A stretch of 53,137 nucleotides of DNA, the filler included, from Sphacelaria rigidula (lineage: Eukaryota), in assembly GCA_964200075.2 (NCBI GenBank). It is 2 parts of 2 records of this genome, joined end to end, with 100 filler letters (N's around TTAATTAATTAA, not from the genome) between each part and the next. Parts side by side here need not be neighbours in the genome. Positions count along the whole stretch, not along the records: positions 26,632 to 53,137 come from CAXNAA020000136.1; 1 more part is not named here. The stretch is one strand, 5' to 3'. The notes below the pieces were generated by a model. It searched no databases. It was given only the letters and a program-made list of their open reading frames with translations, and had not been told where the DNA came from. A program made the position numbers and the translations under genes. Each line of letters begins with the position of its first letter. The first letter of the stretch is position 1. Below are positions 36,901 to 48,900 of the stretch, in pieces.

Positions 36901-39900
36901 ATCCTGTTGGTGCGGTGTCTTTTCCCCTCTGCACCCCCACCAGTGTTCCAGCCCCCAACCTGTCGCCACAAGGCATTCGAGAACCACAGTCAGCTGGCCC
37001 AGCTCATATCTACAAAAAATGTGAACATGAACCCACGGACAAGAGCCACCAACAGCTCCCATTCGCGGCAATTTTCGTGACGTGCTCGCAGGTTCTCGGA
37101 GGTGTACGTGCCCGAGTTGGAAGATCGAATGGACCTGAAGCGCGTCGCGGATGGTTATCTGGCTGGCATATCCCCCGAACAGGAGCACCTCGCGTTCACT
37201 GCGGTGGATCTGTATCTTTGGGCAAGAAGCCTTGCCGCCGAGAGTTTGAGCGATGGTGCGGGACAGCGTCCGCGCTACTCCCTGAGGTGGGAATCGCTCA
37301 TCCCTCCTTGATATGTGTCGCCTTGGCTAGTGGCCGCTGTATTTCACTTGAAATCGGGGGGAAACCGGGCGAACGATGTCTCACGCTAAAGGTGCCATAG
37401 CGTTATTGTGATCTGGTTCACGGATACAGCAATGATGGGTTCGTCTGTAGGAGTACATTCGGCCGCGTTCCCGTATTAATTGTCGGAGACTGCTTCGCCT
37501 GTACAGCGACGTGAAGATGATGGTCGTTTCTCTGTGCAGGTCCTTGAAGACACCCGTTGTGGGTACTTTCCACGACTTGCCCTGACCCCGTGTTCCTCCC
37601 TTATTGCAAATTTCGGATCGCCCCTCCTCAGGACACTGGTAGGGGCGTTGTCCGCCGCACGGCAACTGGTGGACAGGGGATTCATTCCCAAGAGAGCCAT
37701 GGTCGAAGGTTTCCGGGGAGCGTTCGAGACCCAGTTGGACAGGTACGGTCGCTTGTGTGGTGCGGTCTTGGGAGCGTCGTTTCGTTTTTGTGCTGTCGAC
37801 CACGGGCTGGTTCACCCGTGGTGATGATGTTGTCTTCACATGAACCGCTGGTATCTGCGCAGATTTATGGCAACCGTTCCGTTGTAATGTTGTACATGCG
37901 TTTGGTATCGCGTACTTTTGGATGACGCAAAGAAGCAGGCGGGCGGGGACTCATCCTTCGGGTACAGGGTGGTACCGTGACACCCTAGGTGATTACAATG
38001 TAGGACACTCCCAGCATCACAATACAAGACGCTATTGGCATAGTCGGTCTTGCGAGGACAGTAAACAAGCGAGCGACAAAAATCGCCCTGCGCGTACTCT
38101 GCTGCTGCGTTTGCTGCGAATTTAGGGTACGACTACTGGATGATTTTCAGTTGGGTATCCGAATCTGGTCGTGGAGTATGTTGGTCTCGGTAATCGATGA
38201 TTATTTTGACTGTGCAAAAGTGAAGCAGGCATGAAGTCATGATGGTAACTCGGACGGTTACAACGCGTTGTCCCACGTCGGTGAGCAGCGACGGGCGTGC
38301 CAAGATACTAAAGGGAGTGATGAAAGCGTTCGGCAAGGGCATGACTGCGAAGGATCTCGAGAAGCCACCCCGAAGGCCTGGCGGACGCCCTGGTAGCAAA
38401 GAATCATGGGTTCGTATTGGACCATTTTGGCTGGAAGGTGGTCCGCTGGACCCCGTCGATGCCGCCGAGCTTGACCCGGAGACGAAGCAGCGACGGTGAG
38501 CGTGATGACAATGTGTCGGTATCAGTATCGAATAAGAGGACACGTGTTGCCAGGAAAGGTACATCCTCGCGTAGAACACAGGAGTCTTGTATTTGAGGCT
38601 TGGAGGTCATGACTGTGCACTGCCGTCGCATGTCCCCTACTCGTTGATTTGGATGGATGGGAAAATGGTGGTGCAGGTTTGTGCTTACGTCCTCGGTTGA
38701 ATCTACACTCCGCTGCTTGGCGAGGGCTGTCGCGTCGTCGGAATCTCCCGTGTTGCTGCAAGGTCCCACCAGGTACATGAACATGGCGAAGGGGGCCGCC
38801 CTCGGCTGCACAGCGCGGTATGAGAGGTCCCACTACCGGAGCAGGAGATGGATTGTAAATTCGTTCGTGTTGTGCTGGTATTCATTCCGCCTGTATGGAG
38901 AGAGGCTAGGAAGTGCAGGATCGGCGATGATGAATTTATTAATGTCGCTGTCCAATTGTAAGCGAGACTAACAGACATGCCAGTTATCCCTCTGAGCCTA
39001 TCCCGCACTGAGGTGCCATGACTTCGGCGCGAACGCACGTACTCGTTCGAAATGAAAGTAGTCGCGCAGATCGTGAGCCACACCCGGAAGACGAGGTCCT
39101 TCAAATTGCCACCTGTACCTCTCATATCCTTGGATGGGATCTCGCGATCCTTGCTCGGTAGTAACGGTCGCATTCAGTTTTCTTTTTCACGTACATCGTG
39201 TTGATTGGTCACGGAGCTCTGCGCGGGGAAAGGCCACGTGATCTACTGCATCCCGTCTCATTTTCCATCCCCTGCACTTCTGCCCCCGCCCGCCGCCCCC
39301 CGCCCCCCGCCCCCACCTTCGATCTTCTCATTCGGTGGACTGTTATCAGTGCGGGTAAAACCAGCATCGTGGAGTATCTAGCGGCGCGTCTTGGACATCG
39401 GTGCGTGCGCATCAATAATCACGAACACACTGATATCCAAGAGTACACCGGGAGTTACGCGGCGGATGGGAACGGGAAACTAGCTTTCCAGGAGGTACGC
39501 CAGCCACGGTCATTTTTTAATTCTTCGCTATTTTTTCGTGCGAGCTGGGCCAGCCTGAAAACGGATACGTGGGTACTCAGAAATGAGCGACAGTCGAGTC
39601 GAACCCATATGTCGGTTGTATTTTAAGCCGAACGGTCACTCGGGACGTTGTACCGAATGAAACAAGCAGTCACCACACATTTCGTATGCTAAATTGAATG
39701 TTCCGTTGCGGCCTTGAGGTAAAACGAGCTGTGACCATACATTTCGCATTCTCAATTGTCCCGTTGCGGCCTTGGGTTGATGGAGCGGCGTCATCGTCGG
39801 GTCGATATGAGGAGAAAACATCCATCACAGACCTGTTCTGTAATCGGTTGAGGACGGCAAGAGGAAACGAGATTGCGCTGGAAAGCGTACCTCGCCTCCC

Positions 39901-42900
39901 GATGTTTCACCCCTTGATCCATTCTTTGATGAATCCACATGCACCACTATCCGATCGACTTCCGAGGATGACGCCCCTTATCTGAATATCGCATCCGTTC
40001 CCTTGCAGTCATCCACTCTTGAAATCATGGATCGTTTTGCCGATGTGGTCTGGAGAGGACGGGAATTCATGAAGACATCGGTTCGACCGCCGAACACCCA
40101 CGATGTTGCACCAGACAGAAGCTGTGACGAGTTTTGATGTTTCAAACGTCGCACAGGTCATGAGATACCTCGAATAACTAGTCAAATAGAACTCCCCGAT
40201 CCACTTTTAACATTACGAGACATGACGGTATCGTCTGAGAAGACGAAGCGTCACGTTCCCGCTACACGGCGATCCGGCGTCCATCGCTGTCGGGAATTGA
40301 TGATAAGAAAGTGGCCAAATGAACCACCACATGATCCGAATTAGTGCCCTGATGTTCCAAATAGGTTTTACCTTTACGCCCAATTGTTGAACAATCTGCG
40401 TCATCATCGAGTCGATATGAGGAAAAAACATCCATCACAGACCTGTTCTGTAATCGGTCAAGGACGGTACAAGGAAGCGGCTTTGCGCTGAAAAGCGCGA
40501 GTCGCCTCCCGAAGTTCCACCCCTTGAACATTTTTGATGAGTCAACATGCACCACTATCTGATCGACTTTCGAAGGTGAAGCTTCTTGTCTGAAAACCGC
40601 ATTCCTTCCTTTGCAGCAGTCCACAAGAACATTCATGAAGCACTTCTCTCATGTAGTCTGTAGACGTCTAGATTTCATGGAGATGGACGTTTGAATCTCG
40701 ATAGTGTCGACATTTTTTATCGTTTTTCCAAGCGGTATTTTTTCCCCATATTTGACGGAACCCCAGAGAAAACTACGAACCGCGAGGAAAGATCAAGGCG
40801 AGAAGAAAGGATACTTTTGGAGATCATGGCCCACAAGTAGGTCAACAGTTGGACTTCGGACGGCATTCTCATGTAGCGCCCACGTGTTGACAGGAGCTGG
40901 ATAATATAAAATAAAATGACACCCCAGAAAAGACCAATAAGGGGCGCTTCTTTGTCGAGTTGATGAAAAACCGTCTTGGAGACCTGTTCCGCAATTCCAC
41001 CGATGTCATCTGAGATGCGCTTGACACCGCATTTTGGATTGGGGTTGGTGAACATTTGAGGATAACCAAGCGAATCAGTGCTGATCGATATTGATGTGAT
41101 CGTGCTATGCACGAGTCTTGATTGTGGTGTCTTGAATCTTGGGGTTGTCTTCCGTAGTGTGTACCGAACAAAATCGAGGCGGTTTGGAAGAAAATAAGAA
41201 TCACCGACACATTCCGTTCTAAGCTGACCGTATGGGAGACCGCTAGATATTCTGTCGGCCTTTGTAATGGTCATGCTACATGTCTGGTGAGGCGGTAGAA
41301 AATATTCGCATTCTACCCGTGATGAGGGGTGTTGACGTGGTCGAAATGAGGAGAAGCAGTCTTGGAGACCTGTTCTGCGAACGTACAATTTGCTGCGGGA
41401 AGCGTTTGACACCGTCCCTGCAGCAAACTTGTGCGCATTGAAGACTCTCGAGCATTCACTTATCCGATCGACCGTAGTCGTCAGATGCCTGCTCCTCCTA
41501 CGAGGATTGTCCCCTTTTTTTCTTTGTCGGACTGTACACACTTCCTCCAATCTCTTGAAATTTGGCTTGGATCCCTCCCTGCAGGCGTACCGGAGTATTC
41601 GAGATGATGAGAAAGACTTCTTTCCCCATATGACCGACCATGTTCTCGTCCGAAAGAGCCGGCCCTGACAAGCCAGAGAGCATCCGGTCGACTCTGATCG
41701 AACACACGGGTATCTCGTGTCATGTCTCGAGCGAATATAAACTGGTTTCTTTTACTCACACCGTCTTTGTTTCGTTCATTTCTCAACTCTCTATCGGACA
41801 TCCCGAGAACCGGTACCCGTCGGCTCATGCATGCAAGTGAAATGTTTCGCTTTCTGTACTCCGTTGATTTAACCTGAATTTTTTTCTGAAGCAGCACGTC
41901 TAGGCGATCGGAAATCTGTTGAGGGACACGCACCCTGTCGACGGGATTATGACGTGAGCCCCTCGAGGAAGTGGAGACGTGTCCCAAGAGTAACCTTCAC
42001 CACATGGTTTTGTTCCGCTGCGCCGAAGATCGATCGATATGATGAGAAACACTTCTTTCCCCATATGACCCGACCATGTTCTAATTCGAAAGAGCCGGCC
42101 CCGACAAGCCAGAGGGTGTCCGGTTGACTCTGATCGATTGACTACGGCGCAGCTTCCGTCAACATGCCTCGGTGCTCATAGGGTACGCAGTCGCAACTCA
42201 TGTCCGATTCACCTACAAATGAGCTTCAACAGTTCCCAATCGACCATCTTCTATCAGTGTGTAACACAAGGCGCATATCGAAGTGATGAGAGAAGCTTCT
42301 TTCCCCATAAGATCGACCATGATTGAACCCGAAAGAGCCGGCCCCGACAAGCCAGAGGGTGTCCGGTCAATTCTGATCGATATCCGTCAAGAAACTGCCC
42401 GTGATAAAGCTTGCAACATGTCTTCTCTCGCGAGCATGGTGGCCACTGGAGCACCTCGTGAGGCACTCGCCCTTTTGATCTCGATTTTTGCCGAACAGGG
42501 ATCTGAAAGTACCGTTGAACATCGTGAGAGCACCGTTTTCTTCGCGTGTACCACTAGCGTGTGCCAACAGCTACATCTCAATACTCCACTAGGGGATATC
42601 AACGGCCCACGAGAACAGGGCTAGTTTTGAATCGTGCACGTCGGTCGCGGCTGTTTTCAGAGGTGATGCTGGAGATGACGCGATCATGACGTAATGCTCC
42701 TGATGACGTGATGGTTTAATTCTGGAACTCCTGTCGCAGGGTGTGCTTGTGGAGTCTTTGCGCAAAGGACACTGGATTATATTGGACGAGCTCAACCTTG
42801 CTCCTTCAGAGGTGAGGACTGAGTGGCAGAATAGTTGAGCCCTTGCAGTGAAATTGTTCGTCGCGTTTTTTTCGAGTTGCTCCCGCGTTGCAGGTCCAAT

Positions 42901-45900
42901 TAAGCAGGTACTCCTGCTGGATTTCTGAATGCAGAAGTGTGTTGACCCTTTCTGACGGGTAATACACGCTACTCAAAAGAGGTCTCCCATATTCGAAACG
43001 TCCGACATGATATTCCGAGAGGTTAACGGTAGAACAGACCTCTGAAAAGCACTATTAATCCCTCGCCACGACTTGATTTTACATCTACGTCTGGGGAGTT
43101 TCATGCCGGTGCTACAGCAACGCAGAGCCCTTTTGGTTGAGGGCCCGGGCGGATCACTTTGTCCCTCAGTAAGGCTTTGACAGCCCCCAGCTGCGGGATC
43201 ATTGTATCGTCCTACATTTGTGTGTCGACTCGTGAGCCTTTGCTCTAGTCTACCCGTGAACCTTTGCTCTAGTCTGTATACGTCAGTACGTGACAGGATA
43301 GACTTATAACCTTAAGAGAGCGTTGACTCCGTCGGTATCTATCGTATAGGCACCTGGTTCGGTGTAGATGTTTTGATGTACGGGTATGAGAGGCACGCTC
43401 TTTGCAATCCCTGACTACGAGTTTGGGAGATGGAGAGAAGATTCCTTGCCAGTCCACGGGTGATGCCATGGTCGTTTGTGTACAAGGCGAAATGTGCAAC
43501 CTTGCCGTTATCAGGTTCCGAACCACCTCTGAGCAATCGCCGTCTATTCACTGGATTCATCAGGTGTTGGAAGCTCTGAACAGGCTGCTGGATCACAACC
43601 GAGAGCTTTACCTGCCCGAAACGCAGGAGACAATCAAGCCACACCCTTCGTTCCGACTGTTCGCAACGCAGAACCCGCCGGGTGCGTACGGCGGGCGCAA
43701 GCCTCTTTCACGTGCTTTCCGCAACCGTTTCATGGAGGTGTGTTATGCGCATGAGGTCGATGTCTCCTTCCGAGCGATGCATGGACGTCGCCCAGGAACC
43801 TTTATTGGAAACCCATCGATCTTTGTCTCCACGGTCTGGGGGCCGAAATGTTTCACAGTGCGGGCGTTCGGCCGCCCCTGTCATCGGCAAGTTCGTCCAT
43901 TGATTATACAGGCCAGACAGCAGGCTTGTACTCGTGTTTTGCTAGTTGAGCAGCAACGGAAGATGTTGGGCAATCTGGGGGAGCCTGAGATACCGATTGG
44001 ACGCGTGCGCTGTCGGGATTTCCTCCACATGCGAGAGTGAAAGTGCCTTGAAGACTTGACCCCTCTCTATGAACCGTGAACAATCATTGTTTTGATACGG
44101 GTGCCGTCGACTCGCATCGTTGTCATGAAGGTACATGTGGATGACATCCCTGGAACGGAGTGGCAAGAAATCCTAGCTGAGCGATGCGGCATGGCCCCCA
44201 GCCACTGCAAGCTACTGGTCAAGATCCTGCACGAATTACAGGTACGGCGAGATGTCAGTAAAGGTCATCAAATGGTCAGGGGGACAGCACGATGGATTTC
44301 TTCACTACGGTAGTGGACAGTTGAACTTTAGGTCGTATGCTTGACCGACCCATGTCTTCGTATTTGAGCTGATACCGGTAAACGGCGACGGTTTCCGCAG
44401 GCCCAACGTCAAGGCAGTCGCTTATTTCTCGGTAAACACTCGGCGATATCTCCGCGGGATCTACTGCGGTGGGCCGGGCGTAAGCCCCGAGGCAAGCAGC
44501 AGCTTGCAGAAGAGGGGTGAGGACACGTGTTCGTGAAACGTGGTTATTAAATGAGCGTACGCATATCCCGACTTTTTGAACACGCGAGAAAATTGTATGA
44601 GCCGCTGCGGCAAAAGTAACATGGAACCTGCTGTCCGAAAATATCGAGCGTTCCTATCGATGAGTAAGGAAAGAGCAGAATGTTGAGCATTCGCTGGCCC
44701 AGCTAATCACGGGGAAGGCAGAAGTCCGATGCCCCTTGGTCCGTTTCAATCCAGCAACATGAATCCCATTCTGCGCAAAGTTCGTTTCATGGGAGGCCGT
44801 AGGCCCGACTCCTGGCGCTCATTGCGCCTACCCCACATATCGCCTCGTGCCTGTTTCACTGCAAAAGGCTCGTGAACGGTCATCGCTGTTGCATCCAATA
44901 CGTGCACATGTCTGCTCCGAACGAAAAACGGGAGGGCCGAGTGTGCCTGGTTGTAACGGGCGGCTAATGTCGCGAGTATGATGCGTGAGGCATGGCTGTG
45001 GCATATCTCTCAATGGGGAAGGTGTTGCCGGGGCATGCGAGGGAGCAGTCCCTTGCTACGTCGATCGGGTACGGCTATATTTATATAAATGAAAACATAC
45101 ATGATGCAGTTTTTCGTATCTACCAGGGAGAATGGATAACTATCATGTTTTGCATTCACTCGACGCCCGGATTGTTGTAGCTTGTTGAGTGATCTCAAAC
45201 CTCTCTTGGGTTCTGGTAGCTTCAGTGACTTGACTTGGTAACCTCGAAACCTTGACTGTCGTCAAGTCACCCTCTGACAGCAGACGACAGGCACGTTGTC
45301 GCGGGTACAAATGACCTTGTATTATAACGTCCTCAAAAAGATTGTGAGCGCCGCAGGAGGCCAAGCGCTGAAAAGGTGCATCAATGTGTTGATTTTGCGC
45401 GTGTGAAGGTACGGCTATTCACGTGAGTGTAAATCCGCCGCTAAACATTGGTTCTTCGGATAACCTCTCCCCTCCTGTTGGTCCTCTGCCCTCGAATGTG
45501 TGCAATCACAAATGTGACTCTGCAGTTATATGCTGTTGACCGAGCGTCTTCGCACCGATGATGAGAAAAAGAGCATGAAGGCTGTCCTTGAAGAGCAGGT
45601 GAGGAAATTTTTTCGTGTCGGTTCTCGTGAACATCACGCGGTACGTCACCGGCGGTCGAGACCTGAGCGAGACCCATATTGAAAACTCGCCCAATGGTGA
45701 CAACTCGTCTGACGAAGCTGTGCGCCCCATCTTCGACAACATGTACGCGCGCTCCATGTGACAGATTGGCCTTACCCTAGATCCTTCCAGCCTGTACGGT
45801 GCTGACCCCGTACCCGGCACATCAGATGCTGACGAAGATCTCATGCTCAACGTGGACGAAGAGGATCTGGGTGGGGTCGAGCAGCTGAAGCTGGTGGAGA

Positions 45901-48900
45901 AGATGCTAGACAAAGGCATGGGGCTGGACGCCGGTTTGCAGGGTGTGGCCATGACCAGGTTAGTGTTTTCACTTACACATGGTGTCTACAGTTTATTCAC
46001 AACGATTGAGAGGGGGTAAAAAAGATCGCGTATCACCGCAAAACCGTGGTCAGTCATGATTTTCTTCGGAAGTGGGGTTTTGGCTAAGTGAGTTTCAGCC
46101 ATGTGCATCTGGGCTGCAATGATGTGAAAAGTTAGGGACATCCGTATACGAAGCGTGTAGTGCGTTTCGTGCTGAGGATACACCCGCATTCGAATCTCAT
46201 TATTTTGCTGAGCCGCCTAGAAGTCTCCACCGACGCTTTTGTCTGGCACAACCAGTGCTTTACATGGCCTTGTGTCGGGCATAATACACGACTAGCTCAT
46301 ACTACGCCATCTGACCGTGGCCGCTGGAAGCCTTTACTGGACACTGCTGAACAGCTTCATCACATTGGTATGTTGGTCGCGCAGCCCGTTTTGGTCTGCT
46401 TTACCGAAGGGCAGTGATGTCATCATTCGTTTTCCCCTAGACTCTTGTAGTGAGAGTCGACAGTGAGGACGTACATTTGGAATCTCATTACCTGAGCCCT
46501 TCTAGAGACCTTGCAGGCCGTTGATCTCCCGAACATTGTATGCCATCACATGAGGTAGATTGGGACCCTAAAGGAAATCCCGCATGCCAAGTTTTGGGTC
46601 AAAGACATGGCCACGTTGTCCTGTCTGGCCGAAACGTGGCGATGTCAAACACCCTCGCCCCAGCAGTCGATGTAAATGCAGTAGCTTGGTGATGAGCTGA
46701 ATCGAATTTTTCCTTACTCAAGCACCTTCCAGGATGATTCTATATCAAGATTGCGGTGACGACAAGGTGTAGGAGTCCTTCACATTGTCATGCGTGATGG
46801 AAGTTCTCAAGGAAGGTTGGGATCGGATGACGAATGACCGACGCGGACCACAGGAGTGTCGAGTTGGGGCCCCTTGGCGTCCCGGACTGATGCGTGAATT
46901 TGTCGCTACTTCCGTCTTCAGCGCACACAGTTCGAGTTTTTTTGCACAACGGGTATTCGTGGATAATACACATGAGTGAAATAAAACAATAAACTGTGGG
47001 CGCACCGACATGATCGTATTACAACGCACGGCAAATGGCGTTTGATGCTGAACAGACACATGCGGAGACTCTTTCGCCTGTGCGGGAGATGTTTGAGTCA
47101 CCGAGAACCTGTTCTCCTCGTCGGGGAGACCGGATGTGGCAAAACGACCGTGTGCCAGCTATACTCCATGCTTCTCCGAAATAAGTGAGTGAAAATCTGA
47201 TTTCTCCGAAACGCCCATTACGCGGGTTTCACTAGTTCGACCTGTGTTGAACATCCCCGCGCTCTCCATCCTGATGCCCGTTAGCCGCATATTAAATTGT
47301 CATGGTCGATCAGTTGGTTGTGCACTTCTCGATTTGCGACGCGTGGATATACTGAGTACGGGCTCGTCTTGATACGCGACAAGTGACTTGAATACTAGGG
47401 ATGCGCTCTTCTACACTGCTTTTTACCAGGATGCACATCGTGAACTGTCACCAAAACACTGAAGCAGCGGATTTACTGGGAGGCCTCCGTCCTCTGCGCG
47501 GGCGTGACAAACTTGTGTCTGAATTACGACAACGGGCCCGATGTTTTCTTCAGCGGTGCCATGTGGCTGGAGCAGTCCACGGTCATGAAAATGACGGCGC
47601 AGTACGAGATTCGTCCTTTCCTGAGAAGCTGGACGTCGCTGGTATAATGATCATTGTCCAGGTGAGCCTGCTCTGTTGTTTTTGGCGAAATAAGTTTTAC
47701 TCCAATCCTGAGCATATCGATAATTTTCATCCATTGTGGTGCAAGTACTGTGACATCGACTTTTTGATTTCTGACATTCCCGACTGGTCACGGTGTAAAA
47801 TTATGTACTGCTGGAAGGGCGCACGACGATCGGCGAGTGTGCAACGGTGGTCGTTTCTACTTTGATGCACAGGTGTACTGTGCATTTTTACCGCTGGAAA
47901 CTGACGGTTCGTGGATGGAAAATGTAGCATGACGCACATCGGTATCTCCCTCTTGACCGATCCCCATGGTCTCGAGAGGTCAACAGAATATTCACGAGTG
48001 CAAGAAGAAACTGCGAAGTGAACGTATAGTTAGGCCTACACCCGGGGTCTGCCTCCTAAACCCCATCGATCACTCGAGGGGTTGAGTCGACGGCGATCTT
48101 GTACATGGTGTCGGCCTTGGACGCGCGCCTCATATCCCTGCTTGTCTGGCTTCCTATGCATGAGGGGGGCACTGTCCATTCACGGCTTCGGTTGCGAGTA
48201 GTTGATTCTTGATTTTTCCCCCGTCCCGTCGCGAAATAGTGCCACGGTTAGGACAAAATCACAAGGTGCGATGGCTCCAGCTAACTGCATAGCTTCGAAT
48301 CGCTGGCTGGTGCCGAACGAAAGTTGCGTTTGCGTGATGCTTCCTCTTTTACGTGATTCGCATCCTCGTTTATCATGACCAGTCAGCCTGGAACAAGCTG
48401 TCGAAACTGGCACGCAATTTGAGTTCCGACGGAAGTCAACGCGAAGTCGGTAAAGGAGGAAGAATCGATATCGCCAAGTCGCACAAGCCAATGAAGCGCG
48501 GGCGTGCGACTAATACGGACCCAAGCGGCACGGTTTCCCGCGACGATACGAAGGTATATCCGTCAAAAACCGACGTGAACCCGACAGCCGGTGAGGAGCC
48601 TACACGTGACACCGGTGGCAAGGGGCGTGGTAAACATCGCCGAAAGGGGAAGAAGGCGAAGATCATGTCGGATGTAAAAGTAACGAATAATGGCGCCGAA
48701 ACGAGTGCGGGTGGTCCTCTTGAAGAGTCTCGGCCGCTGACAACAACCGATGAGGTGACGGGATCTGCTCCTAGTGACGATAACGTGTTCGATAAGGAGA
48801 TTTCATCACTGGCGACCGAGTTTACGGAGCTGCGAACGCTGGCAAATCGCACCAAAGGATTATTCGAATGGGTCGACGGCCCCCTCGTGACGGCAATGAA

